Source of the DNA: a virus
Reading direction: 5' to 3' (one strand)
Length of the DNA: 64,000 nucleotides
Virus record (IMG/VR): IMGVR_UViG_3300021960_000060
Location: 4,070-68,069 of that record
Below, piece by piece: positions 38,700 to 47,477 of the stretch. Position numbers and translations under genes: made by a program. Every line of letters begins with the position of its first letter. The stretch's first letter is position 1. The notes under the pieces are model-generated. The model worked only from the letters and a program-made list of their open reading frames with translations. It was not told the origin of the DNA and did no database searches.

Positions 38700-39308
38700 T
38701 TAAGACATTCTTTTGTTCACTCTTCCTAAAATTTTCATCTTACCTTTCTTATCAGGTTGCTGACCAGTTGCTTTTACATATTTGTCAGTTTCTTGCTTCT
38801 TCATAATACCTTTCAACATTCTTTCACCTTCACCTCTAATCTTGTCACGTTCTTCTCTAGTTTTACCAGATGCTTTCTGTGGTTTATAGTTAGGTGATAC
38901 AGTTTCTTTCTTCTTTTTAGTTAAAAGTTGTGATGCAGTTGGTGTTGGTTTCTTTTCTGGTGTCGATGATCCAGTTTTCTTTGCTGCTGCTCTTGCTTGT
39001 GCTGCTTTTTTCCTCTCTGCTTTTACTTTATCAGCATATGATTGTTTAACTTCAGCAGAACCTCTTTCTTTTTCTGGTTGTTGTACTCTTGTAGATGCTT
39101 GTTTTTGTTGACCAATATCTTTTCTGTCTTTATATGTTTTTGCAGGAACCATTTTACCACCACCTGCTGCCTTCATTCTACGTTTTTCAGGTTCACTTTT
39201 TTTTCTATTTGCACCAACTCTTCCACCATCTCCCTGTTTACGAATCTGAGAAGATCCCATTACATCGGCATCATAAGCTTCATTAATAAATTGTGAGAAA
39301 GTTTTCAT
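38700..39308 (-). CDS. Lys-rich protein with a T4 internal-protein-like N-terminus (probable head-packaged protein)
   Basis: MKTFSQFINEA resembles the T4 IP capsid targeting sequence; late promoter TAAATA at 39333-39338. Confidence 0.6.
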   Translation of the reverse strand: MKTFSQFINEAYDADVMGSSQIRKQGDGGRVGANRKKSEPEKRRMKAAGGGKMVPAKTYKDRKDIGQQKQASTRVQQPEKERGSAEVKQSYADKVKAERKKAAQARAAAKKTGSSTPEKKPTPTASQLLTKKKKETVSPNYKPQKASGKTREERDKIRGEGERMLKGIMKKQETDKYVKATGQQPDKKGKMKILGRVNKRMS

Positions 39309-39347
39309 GTTGATAGGAACAATTTCCTTTTTTATTTATTAAAAATT

Positions 39348-39367
39348 CCCCACTACTTAAAGTGGGG
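39348..39367. terminator. Stem-loop, probable terminator
   Basis: CCCCACT-ACTTAA-AGTGGGG between two genes. Confidence 0.55.
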
Positions 39368-39377
39368 AATAATTACA

Positions 39378-39605
39378 TCAACTATCTTCTGGTTCTTGCT
39401 CTTTTGGTTTGTTTACTTTAGGACCAACCTGAACACGTTTAGTTTCATAGAAAAAATTAACTCTTTCACGACGTGTTTGCATCAGTAGATCAAACTTTTC
39501 TTGTTGATCTTTAGTGAATCGAAAATCTTGACGACGCCAAGTATCACGAAGATCGCGAATGTGTGACAGGACGTTGACAGTATCAGTTGGAAAGTTCATG
39601 ATCAA
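39378..39605 (-). CDS. Conserved cyanophage hypothetical protein
   Basis: LRDTWRRQDFRFTKDQ...RRERV. Confidence 0.7.
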   Translation of the reverse strand: MIMNFPTDTVNVLSHIRDLRDTWRRQDFRFTKDQQEKFDLLMQTRRERVNFFYETKRVQVGPKVNKPKEQEPEDS

Positions 39606-39730
39606 ACAGTGTAATCTTTTTGGTTAAATTCGTCGCATTTGACATTCATTTCTGAGTCATTCTCTTCGAGTTCTGTAATGTCGAAGATTTCTCCTGGCAT
39701 GTCCTGAATTTCGCTCCAAAGGTCGTCCAT
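39602..39730 (-). CDS. Small acidic protein (probable start MDDLWSEIQDMPGEIFD)
   Basis: ATG after an A/C-rich leader; the track start lies within a structured leader. Confidence 0.65.
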   Translation of the reverse strand: MDDLWSEIQDMPGEIFDITELEENDSEMNVKCDEFNQKDYTV

Positions 39731-39963
39731 TTTTGTTTTTGTTTGTGTGATGTGTGTGGAGTTTATCATCAGCAGTAGAGTTGCCAACTGACTCACTTAG
39801 GAGTGATGAATGGGTATCCTGTTCCCCTCCACTCTTTTAATATACAGGGTTTTGGTGGTTTGTGGGAGATTAGTGGACAGTTATTGTGGTGTCCACTGCA
39901 CGTAATGTTTTCTTTACATGTTGTTCCCAGAATAGTGCATCTTCAATTCTTAAAAAACTTGCA

Positions 39964-40179
39964 CTATGCTTTGCAAATCCTTTTTTCTTCGGTTTTAGGT
40001 AGTTTACTCGGTAAATCATTCCAGTGCCTTAATACTCCAGAAACAATAAAAAAATTAGTAGTGAGAAGACTGACAAATATGATGCTGCGAATGATAGCAA
40101 CATAATTGTCATAAGGTTTTGTTTTATCATCACTAAAACTCCCTAATGTATACTTCCATATCATCCACAGTTTCAGCAT
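39964..40179 (-). CDS. Small membrane protein
   Basis: IWKYTLGSFSDDKTKPYDNYVAIIRSIIF...FFIVSGVLRHW. Confidence 0.7.
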   Translation of the reverse strand: MLKLWMIWKYTLGSFSDDKTKPYDNYVAIIRSIIFVSLLTTNFFIVSGVLRHWNDLPSKLPKTEEKRICKA

Positions 40180-40414
40180 AACGATTCTTTCTTGTATAAA
40201 CGTATTCTAATTCTTTCCATTGTTTTGGAAAGCATAATAAGAGTGTGTGAATATATTTGTGTCGTTGAATTTTTGTGTATTCACAGTTTGGTTTTGGTTT
40301 AATACCAGTTTCAATAGTAATGTAAAGTTTATCACAAAAATATACCCAACCCTCAACGTTTACATGATCTGTCTTCCATCGAACATAGTCATCAACTTGA
40401 GGAATATATCTCAT
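40133..40414 (-). CDS. Conserved cyanophage hypothetical protein
   Basis: YIPQVDDYVRW...EGWVYF...YITIE. Confidence 0.7.
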   Translation of the reverse strand: MRYIPQVDDYVRWKTDHVNVEGWVYFCDKLYITIETGIKPKPNCEYTKIQRHKYIHTLLLCFPKQWKELEYVYTRKNRYAETVDDMEVYIREF

Positions 40415-40701
40415 AGGAAAGCAGACATTAAAGGGTTTAATTTTAAAGACATTGCAGTATATGGAGTAGTGTTACATATATCTACCTGAGTTCCACACTT
40501 GGTGGAATTAATAGGTGACAAATAGCATCGTTTTTTTGTGTTGTAGAAACCCCAAATTGTGCTAACAGGATCACTACTATAAGAGTAAGTTGCGTGATGC
40601 AAAAGCCAAATAGAAACCACATTTCGCTTGAACTCGCGAACATAGTAGGAATATCCTTTTGGTTCTTCATGAATAAAATCAGGAGGAAGTTCTAAATTCA
40701 T
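40411..40701 (-). CDS. Conserved cyanophage hypothetical protein
   Basis: FIHEEPKGYSY...IWGFY...TTPYTAM. Confidence 0.75.
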   Translation of the reverse strand: MNLELPPDFIHEEPKGYSYYVREFKRNVVSIWLLHHATYSYSSDPVSTIWGFYNTKKRCYLSPINSTKCGTQVDICNTTPYTAMSLKLNPLMSAFL

Positions 40702-40859
40702 TTCTCACGAACAATACGCAAACGATCTGGACTCAAACCTTCATTTAAAAGTTCATCATAACGATTTTTTGCCTGTTCTTGAGTTAGTCCTACATCATCA
40801 CATTCAACAAGTGTCCAACCAGATGTTTCAAGTTCTTCAATTCGATAAAGTTTTTCCAT
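40698..40859 (-). CDS. 53-aa hypothetical protein
   Basis: MEKLYRIEELETSGWTLVECDDVGLTQEQAKNRYDELLNEGLSPDRLRIVREK. Confidence 0.65.
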   Translation of the reverse strand: MEKLYRIEELETSGWTLVECDDVGLTQEQAKNRYDELLNEGLSPDRLRIVREK

Positions 40860-40863
40860 AGTC

Positions 40864-41106
40864 TTAAGTGGTAAATTCTTCTACAATTTTAGATTCAAGT
40901 TGTTCTGCAAGTGCATATGTTCGTGAATTGAGAATATTTTCACGAAGATTAGAGTAGAATTTTTGATTAAAATCTCCCTCATCTGCACCTGTAATGAGAT
41001 CAAAACACTCATTATCATTTTCTGCAATTACATTCCAGAGACCACCATATTCACTGGATGGAAAAGGGATGTAATGATCTACAATGTAGAAAAATTTTTG
41101 TTTCAT
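40864..41106 (-). CDS. Conserved cyanophage hypothetical protein
   Basis: YIVDHYIPFPSSEYGGLWNVIA. Confidence 0.75.
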   Translation of the reverse strand: MKQKFFYIVDHYIPFPSSEYGGLWNVIAENDNECFDLITGADEGDFNQKFYSNLRENILNSRTYALAEQLESKIVEEFTT

Positions 41107-41135
41107 TGTTTTGAATAGATTACTCTCTAATTATA

Positions 41136-41264
41136 TCAGGAACAAAAGAACTCTGCAAGGTAGTAATCAACAGTAATTTCAAGTTCTTCTGCTTCCTTTT
41201 CAATTTGAATCCAGAAATCTTCAGCAAGTTCTTCATACATAATGCTTTCTTGATTTGTCATCAT
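41136..41264 (-). CDS. 42-aa acidic protein
   Basis: MMTNQESIMYEELAEDFWIQIEKEAEELEITVDYYLAEFFCS; follows repeat copy 7. Confidence 0.65.
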   Translation of the reverse strand: MMTNQESIMYEELAEDFWIQIEKEAEELEITVDYYLAEFFCS

Positions 41265-41292
41265 GCAGTTGATGCGTCGTTACACTATAAAA

Positions 41293-41311
41293 ACACTTTA
41301 AAGGTGAGTAA
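41293..41311 (-). promoter_or_regulatory. Repeated promoter-like element, copy 7
   Basis: TTACTCACCTTTAAAGTGT; contains the stop codon of the Mom-like gene. Confidence 0.8.
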
Positions 41312-41948
41312 CATTATTATCTGGATTTTTCCACTTCTCTTCTTTCCATTTAACATTCAACTTCTTGTCAAATGTCATCAAGAACCTATGCTTTTGACTT
41401 CTCTTTCTGTATTCTCCTTTCAAACCTTTACCACCACCTCTTGATTTCTTAGTATAAGTTCCATCATCATTTAATATCCAAAAATCAGCAACATTTGCAG
41501 ATGTCATACCATAGTATTTGAAATTAGATGCGGCATAGATTACACCTTTGTGAAACTTTCCATCAGCATAAGAAAGAATGGCCCTAACATCAACGTCTTT
41601 ACGAAATTGTTTGATAGATCTTGATAAAAACCATGAGGTAATATTATACTCTTCTGCTTGCACATCTGGATGTATGCATAACCTAGACAATTCAAATAAT
41701 CCATCCTGTTGATCTCTTTGTAGACCAAATGCAGATACAGCAATCTCAGGAACTGGAATTCCTGTGTATACAATAGCCCCAACACATGTTCCAGTAGGTC
41801 TTAAAATACAATCAGGATCACCCTTGAACAATGCATAGTTATGACCTGATCTAAATGTCTTGGAATGATCTTTCAGATAATGATATGTAAGGAGAAGATG
41901 TTCTACTTCTTTTCTTTCTACCTTTTCAATATAATAATCATTTTTCAT
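41298..41948 (-). CDS. Mom-like (GNAT) DNA adenine modification protein
   Basis: YHYL, FELSRLC, ILSYAD, HKGVIYAASNFKYYG motifs of the Mu Mom-related family. Confidence 0.75.
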   Translation of the reverse strand: MKNDYYIEKVERKEVEHLLLTYHYLKDHSKTFRSGHNYALFKGDPDCILRPTGTCVGAIVYTGIPVPEIAVSAFGLQRDQQDGLFELSRLCIHPDVQAEEYNITSWFLSRSIKQFRKDVDVRAILSYADGKFHKGVIYAASNFKYYGMTSANVADFWILNDDGTYTKKSRGGGKGLKGEYRKRSQKHRFLMTFDKKLNVKWKEEKWKNPDNNVTHL

Positions 41949-42813
41949 TGCAAAACTCTACGATCTTTTTGTTGAATACTTTTTTCTTAAAATGTTTATG
42001 AAATGTCTGATAGTTATTATAACAGACACTTGACAAAAAAGAAAGAAACTTTTTACTTTTCAAGGTATTTACAAAAGTGTCAAAGTCAATATCTTCAGGT
42101 ACATAGAAACAATCAACTGCACGATTTTTATCTGCAATTTCATCAAAAGTGTACATATTTAAATTATTATTAATTTTACGATTATCTGAACCTGTAGAAA
42201 TACAAATAACACGATTTGTATCCCATTCAACTCTACTTTGATATTGTTCTCTACATGATTTCTTTCCCCCACCTGTTAGACTAATATATTGAAAAGAATC
42301 TTTATCTGAAACTAATTGAAAATATGAATAATATTCCATATTGTTCTGAGTGAGAATAGGAACATTTTTTGAATTAATTTCTACAACATCATTCCCATAA
42401 AAAATTAATGAATTTGATTCAGTTTTCGTTCTTTGAAACTCTACTATCGCAAAATTATCATATATCCAAGCATTTGCAATTTTTACATTCTTAATCAAAG
42501 AACTATGAGAACAAATCTTAAGAGGAATTTTAGCAATAATTTTTCCACCAATTTTTACATGCTGAATTGCACTGATTAACCAACTATATTCATGCTTTGC
42601 TTTAGCAAAAGGAAATTTATTACATTCTACAATATCAATCATTGCAGTATCATACTCATTTAGATTTGAGTTATGTGGTTCAAAGTTAGTATCAAATACA
42701 AATTCACCAAAACTAGCAATCATAGCAATATTGGGTGACAAAATAATAGTATCACCCTCAAATTTAAAATACTTATTAAATTGTTCGGTCGTAAGATAAT
42801 TCATTTCACACAC
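41938..42813 (-). CDS. Degenerate methyltransferase/specificity-like protein
   Basis: ...NKFPF...WLISAIQHVKIGGKIIAKIP resembles the region after NPPY in N6-MTases, but there is no NPPY; overlaps both neighbours. Confidence 0.4.
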   Translation of the reverse strand: MCEMNYLTTEQFNKYFKFEGDTIILSPNIAMIASFGEFVFDTNFEPHNSNLNEYDTAMIDIVECNKFPFAKAKHEYSWLISAIQHVKIGGKIIAKIPLKICSHSSLIKNVKIANAWIYDNFAIVEFQRTKTESNSLIFYGNDVVEINSKNVPILTQNNMEYYSYFQLVSDKDSFQYISLTGGGKKSCREQYQSRVEWDTNRVICISTGSDNRKINNNLNMYTFDEIADKNRAVDCFYVPEDIDFDTFVNTLKSKKFLSFLSSVCYNNYQTFHKHFKKKVFNKKIVEFCNEK

Positions 42814-45062
42814 TCAATATACATGGAGAAAAGAGATTCATCGATGTACTTTTCCTCAATAAGCATCAAAAACTGTTCAGGTGTTGCTCCAATAGATTTT
42901 GCAATAAAATGATTTGTCTGAATCAATTCAACAAACATTTTAAAGTCAATATCACGATTCTTTCTGATTTCTTCAACACAATATGCAGTGCGATCAAGAA
43001 TATTTGTAAGTTTATTACGTCGCTCTGTCAAAATAGATCTTTCTTCAGAAGTCATTGAACGTTTTGTATTTCTAGGATCAATAAAAGTTTGACCTTTTTT
43101 AAATGAAGAATTTGTAGTGATTTTCTCAATTTCATCACTATTGGAAATGATATCTAAACACCCATCATACATTAAACGATCAGAATTTATAATAACACGT
43201 TGAGAGTTATTTGATGAAAATATTTCTTTTGAATACTCATCAACGTCCAGTGCAACGTTATATCCAGTGTCACTCATCTGAAAAATTGGTAAAGTCTTCA
43301 TAACTCTACGAAGTCCAACCATAAAATCAACATTATCATGCTCTGAAACTTGTTTCGCAGCATCCATAATCATAGGAGCAATCTTATCATCACGATTACC
43401 ATCAATTGATAGGGAAATGATATGGCCAATTTTTTCCATATTGCCAGTAGTGAGTGATCTACTAATTTTTTGCACTGTTGCCCCCATATCGCCATTATCA
43501 TATGCAAGAATAACTACATTAATGTCAGGAATACTAAATGATCTTTGACACATTTGAGATGCAATAATCCACACTTCTTTGTTGTTTTTCTTTGCAATAC
43601 GAATAGCATCTTTTACATATTGCTCTGCATCTTTTCCCTTAACAACATCTCCATTAATACAGTGAACATCAAAGTAATCGCCAATAATAGATTTTGCAAT
43701 CTTCTCTAGGTTCTTTAGTTGTTTATTAGTCATGCTAACAAATTGAATAACAGAACGAGTAGAGTCGTCTTCTAAACAATTGTCAAGTGCAAAATCATTT
43801 GCATTTACGTCATCACTTTCACCAATAAAGGATTTGTATATTCCTGACCAAAATGCTTTGCTCTTTTGCACATCTTGAGATGATTTGGAAAATGAAGGAT
43901 TTAGATCCTGATTGTCATCATTAAGAGAATGTGCAAATTTACTCCAATCATAACGATAAAACTTAACCTGTGTAAGATTTTTCTCAAACTCAGTTGCACG
44001 TTTATAATTAATTGAATTCTCAAGTTTTACATTAGTACCTGCTTTCATTAACATATCAAGATAAGTAACCTTGAAGAAAGCATCTACGTCATTATGACTA
44101 CTTTTTGCTCTCTGACTATTAGTCCCAGTAGTTAGAATGATAGGAGCATTTTTTCCAATTTGATTTACGAATGGCACACAACTATCAGTATGAGCACCAT
44201 AATCTGCTTCATCAATTACGGTTATTTTATCAACATAGTTCTCAATAACTTCAGCATTACTATTTCTGACAGTTTCACCTTCCTTATCACCACAAAGAGA
44301 AGCAACAACTAAAATTTTCTTTTTCTCAGAAAGATTTTTCATAAAATCTTCTTCAAATTGATCTGATGAAAGATCAAGAATTGAAAAATTAGAAAACTGC
44401 TTATATAGATAAACCTCTTTCTTGAACGAAGATAGAGCAGTCAAGTAATATGACCCAACAACCATAACTTGTCGATCAAGATAATGAAATAGACTGAGAT
44501 ATAATATGGTTTTACCAAAACGTGCTGCAAGTTCTGCCATTATCTTCGTTTTTCCAAATTTAATCAAAGAAATAAGTTTATCCAAAGATTCCATTTGCCA
44601 GATAGTTAATCTGAGATCTCTCTTTTCAATATCATTTTGTAAATAATCAAACCAAAGTTCTGCTGGATTAGTATCCTCAAATATTGCCCATTCTTTTGCA
44701 CTACGAGTGGGATCAAGAACATGTGCAAGAAAACATTTCCCATCTTCATGCATTTGTCGAAGAATTTTTTGATCTTCAGAATCAATTAGTGCAAGTTTTG
44801 ATGGCTGATATCCAACAATTAGATACTGTTCTCTCTCAGATGCTTCTCTCTGCTGAGAAATGCGATCCAATACATTAACACTTGATTGTCCACATTTAAA
44901 TTCTTTAGATTTATATGCAGAACATTTAGTATACTGATAGAATCCTATAGGATCACTCTCAATCAGACCTTTAATTTCTTCATTAATGTAAAAAATACCC
45001 TTTCTAGAAGAAGAAATGGCATTTTGAAAGTATTGATCCCAGGATAGGTTTTTGAACATCAA
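42801..45062 (-). CDS. Restriction-type SF2 helicase with a putative N-terminal GIY-YIG/T5orf172-like segment
   Basis: AARFGKT, IDEADYGAH, TTGT, SFSIPD, QKISRSLT; N-terminal FKCGQSSVNVLDRISQQ. Confidence 0.7.
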   Translation of the reverse strand: MMFKNLSWDQYFQNAISSSRKGIFYINEEIKGLIESDPIGFYQYTKCSAYKSKEFKCGQSSVNVLDRISQQREASEREQYLIVGYQPSKLALIDSEDQKILRQMHEDGKCFLAHVLDPTRSAKEWAIFEDTNPAELWFDYLQNDIEKRDLRLTIWQMESLDKLISLIKFGKTKIMAELAARFGKTILYLSLFHYLDRQVMVVGSYYLTALSSFKKEVYLYKQFSNFSILDLSSDQFEEDFMKNLSEKKKILVVASLCGDKEGETVRNSNAEVIENYVDKITVIDEADYGAHTDSCVPFVNQIGKNAPIILTTGTNSQRAKSSHNDVDAFFKVTYLDMLMKAGTNVKLENSINYKRATEFEKNLTQVKFYRYDWSKFAHSLNDDNQDLNPSFSKSSQDVQKSKAFWSGIYKSFIGESDDVNANDFALDNCLEDDSTRSVIQFVSMTNKQLKNLEKIAKSIIGDYFDVHCINGDVVKGKDAEQYVKDAIRIAKKNNKEVWIIASQMCQRSFSIPDINVVILAYDNGDMGATVQKISRSLTTGNMEKIGHIISLSIDGNRDDKIAPMIMDAAKQVSEHDNVDFMVGLRRVMKTLPIFQMSDTGYNVALDVDEYSKEIFSSNNSQRVIINSDRLMYDGCLDIISNSDEIEKITTNSSFKKGQTFIDPRNTKRSMTSEERSILTERRNKLTNILDRTAYCVEEIRKNRDIDFKMFVELIQTNHFIAKSIGATPEQFLMLIEEKYIDESLFSMYIECVK

Positions 45063-45084
45063 AAATTAATCTCTCAATAATAAA

Positions 45085-45103
45085 ACAGTTTAAAGGTGAG
45101 GTA
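45085..45103 (-). promoter_or_regulatory. Repeated promoter-like element, copy 8
   Basis: TACCTCACCTTTAAACTGT upstream of the helicase. Confidence 0.7.
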
Positions 45104-45107
45104 TATT

Positions 45108-45536
45108 TTAACCTCCATCAATCTGACAACCTGCCATTGCACCACCAACAACACCTAAAGGAATTGACCAAATCCAGTTTTCTTTAGTGGACAAAATTCC
45201 TCCTGCACCACCACCAAGAATTCCACCAAGAATAGATCCTTCTACACAGGAATTGTCATCAATATCACCCACGTCGGGATATCTTGTTTCGTTTCTAGGA
45301 TAAGTAGGAACTTTAGGAACATATCTATTTCTGCAAGGTACTCTATTTGTTCTATTTTTTACATATCCACCAACCCATTTACCATAATTGTTATAATAAC
45401 CAGGAATAAACTCTTCTACATTTTCGTAGCAATAGTTTTCATAACGAACACTTCTATGCCCCTCAAATCTAGGGCCTCCAGCATATACGGGAGAAGCATT
45501 TGCACCAATTAGAAGCAAAGCAGCAAGAATTTTCAT
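45108..45536 (-). CDS. Signal-peptide protein with a C-terminal glycine zipper
   Basis: MKILAALLLIGANASPVYA; GSILGGILGGGAGG...GVVGGAMAG. Confidence 0.8.
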   Translation of the reverse strand: MKILAALLLIGANASPVYAGGPRFEGHRSVRYENYCYENVEEFIPGYYNNYGKWVGGYVKNRTNRVPCRNRYVPKVPTYPRNETRYPDVGDIDDNSCVEGSILGGILGGGAGGILSTKENWIWSIPLGVVGGAMAGCQIDGG

Positions 45537-45557
45537 TATTTTTGTTTTATTACTAAT

Positions 45558-45614
45558 AATTTACACTAAAAAAAGGAGTCTGTCAAGACTCCTTATGACA
45601 CTATTCAGATTGTC
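45558..45614 (-). promoter_or_regulatory. Early promoter with its -35 in a terminator loop, plus an upstream palindrome
   Basis: AAGGAGTC-TTGACA-GACTCCTT-T-run; TTGACA-17-TAAATT; GACAAT-n-AGTGTCA upstream. Confidence 0.8.
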
Positions 45615-45750
45615 TTGCTTTTTGAACTAGATATTCTGCAAAATCTTCCATTTTATCAGGATGTATTGCCCTAATATCATACTCTTCTACCGCAATCTTC
45701 ATAGAATCAATTTCATTTTGATTCAATTCTTTATTTTTTGATAGAGTCAT
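45601..45750 (-). CDS. 49-aa hypothetical protein
   Basis: MTLSKNKELNQNEIDSMKIAVEEYDIRAIHPDKMEDFAEYLVQKARQSE; AGGAG RBS. Confidence 0.65.
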   Translation of the reverse strand: MTLSKNKELNQNEIDSMKIAVEEYDIRAIHPDKMEDFAEYLVQKARQSE

Positions 45751-45969
45751 TGGCAATCTCCTTATATGTGTGAACATCCTAACATGAATGTTTCACATTA
45801 TCTATAACCTTAAGATTCTCTTTCGCTTTTTTTTACAGAAGTTAATGGTTCGATTGATTCCATCTCCCACCAAATATCTTCAAAACTAGCATCATCATTA
45901 TACTCAGAGTAAGAATTAACAACACCTTCTGATTTCCAGAAACTATCCCAATCCTTTTGAGTTGCAGAA

Positions 45970-46122
45970 CTAATCATTTTGTGCTTCCTTTTTTCTCAAT
46001 TTCTCATCTGCCTTGATGCGTTTCTTCACCAGTTTAGCAAATCTCACATCTTCAGCAGTATACCAGTCGGGATGCTTTTTTGCACGTTTGATAATTTTCT
46101 TTGCTGCTTTTTTGTCCTCCAT
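45970..46122 (-). CDS. 50-aa basic hypothetical protein
   Basis: MEDKKAAKKIIKRAKKHPDWYTAEDVRFAKLVKKRIKADEKLRKKEAQND. Confidence 0.6.
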   Translation of the reverse strand: MEDKKAAKKIIKRAKKHPDWYTAEDVRFAKLVKKRIKADEKLRKKEAQND

Positions 46123-46157
46123 AGCACACACTTTAACTGTATATACTATTTATTTTA

Positions 46158-46448
46158 CTAAAGTTCCTCTTCTTTCTCAGTCTCTACCACACAATCACTG
46201 GTTGGATAAGATACACACAGCAATGCAAATCCTGCTTCAATCTGATCATCATCCAAGAAAGATTGATCGCTTTGATCTACAGTACCACTCACAATCTTAC
46301 CAGCACAGGAAGAACATGCACCTGCACGACAAGAATATGGAAGATCAATACCAGCTTCTTCTGCGGCATCTAAGATGTATGTATCATCAGGACAATCAAT
46401 AATAGTTTCAATGCCGTCAGATGATTTAAGTTTGACAGAGTAATTCAT
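46158..46448 (-). CDS. petF: Plant-type [2Fe-2S] ferredoxin
   Basis: [27 protein letters not shown]...[10 protein letters not shown]...[10 protein letters not shown]. Confidence 0.97.
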   Translation of the reverse strand: MNYSVKLKSSDGIETIIDCPDDTYILDAAEEAGIDLPYSCRAGACSSCAGKIVSGTVDQSDQSFLDDDQIEAGFALLCVSYPTSDCVVETEKEEEL

Positions 46449-46457
46449 GTACTTTTT

Positions 46458-46658
46458 TTAACTTTCATGGATATTATATATTACAGGATGAATATTGTCA
46501 ATTTTATTTGAAAAATCTTGAAATGCATTTATTATTTCAGAGTTTTGTTTTTCTAAATTTTTGACACGTAATTTAAGACTCTTAATTTCATCAAAAATAC
46601 TATCATCTGTTAAAGGTTTTTTTGAAGGAGAAAAAAATATTTTAATCCAGTTTAACAT
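46458..46658 (-). CDS. Coiled-coil hypothetical protein
   Basis: 66-aa ORF. Confidence 0.6.
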   Translation of the reverse strand: MLNWIKIFFSPSKKPLTDDSIFDEIKSLKLRVKNLEKQNSEIINAFQDFSNKIDNIHPVIYNIHES

Positions 46659-46790
46659 ATAATTGAAGATAAATTATATGTTATCTATCCTTAATATCTT
46701 TTTTCTCATGAAGTTTTTTAATTGCTTCAATAACTTCAGGAGTTTCTTCCCATTCCCAACTATTTCCTTTAGTATCTAAAACTTTTTTCT

Positions 46791-47177
46791 TCATTGATCT
46801 TCCTCGAATGAAATACTTGGATTATAACAAGAGAATAATTCATCACCACATTTAATATCTCTTGTTGCATAATAATTTTGAGTCATATTAACACCATCAA
46901 CATACCATTCAACATTAGGTTCTGGAGAATGATTAAACAGTGATCCAACACCCAATCCAATAAAACAATTATCTTTTAAGTTTGCAAGGTATCTTCCTAT
47001 TCTTTCAGAACTTGGATTAACATCCTCTCCATTTACAATAATAATAGGACACTCTTCAATGAGATCATACTTTGCAATATCATCATTAGCAAAAACTCCC
47101 CATCCTTGAATAGGAGATCTTTTAACCTGTACTTTTGAATTGCGAAATAATTCAGTTTTATATACTGTTGGATTCAT
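46791..47177 (-). CDS. SET-domain protein-lysine methyltransferase
   Basis: SPIQGWGVFA, FNHSPEPN, ATRDIKCGDELFSCY. Confidence 0.88.
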   Translation of the reverse strand: MNPTVYKTELFRNSKVQVKRSPIQGWGVFANDDIAKYDLIEECPIIIVNGEDVNPSSERIGRYLANLKDNCFIGLGVGSLFNHSPEPNVEWYVDGVNMTQNYYATRDIKCGDELFSCYNPSISFEEDQ

Positions 47178-47477
47178 TTGTTATTTGTCTTTCTAGTTCA
47201 TATTTAATTGGATTTAAATGATTGTAGATATAATTTTTCCACTCATTATCTTCTAATAAGATAACAATATTTTCAATTTGTGTCAAGGCCTTGATTAACT
47301 TTTCCTTTTCAGTTTTCATCTTTTTTGTAAACTTTCTGAATTGCTAAAAGTGTATCATAAGGAATCCATGTAGGATTCTCTTTGTCAAATTGAACTTGAA
47401 CCTCAGTAATTACTTCTTCAAGAACTTTACTATAAGTTTTTCTCGTGTTTTTAACTGGTGCTAAAGGATTAATCATT

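Noticed and set aside
39763-39775. Hammerhead ribozyme (CUGAUGA on the minus strand)
   Set aside because: No GAAA core or stem II, and UGAUGA is better explained as pairing with UCAUCA.
30136-45103. T7/T3-type RNA polymerase promoters (CTCAC...TAAAG resemblance)
   Set aside because: The spacing differs by 3 nt, there is no G-rich initiation site, and no single-subunit RNA polymerase is present in this T4-like window.
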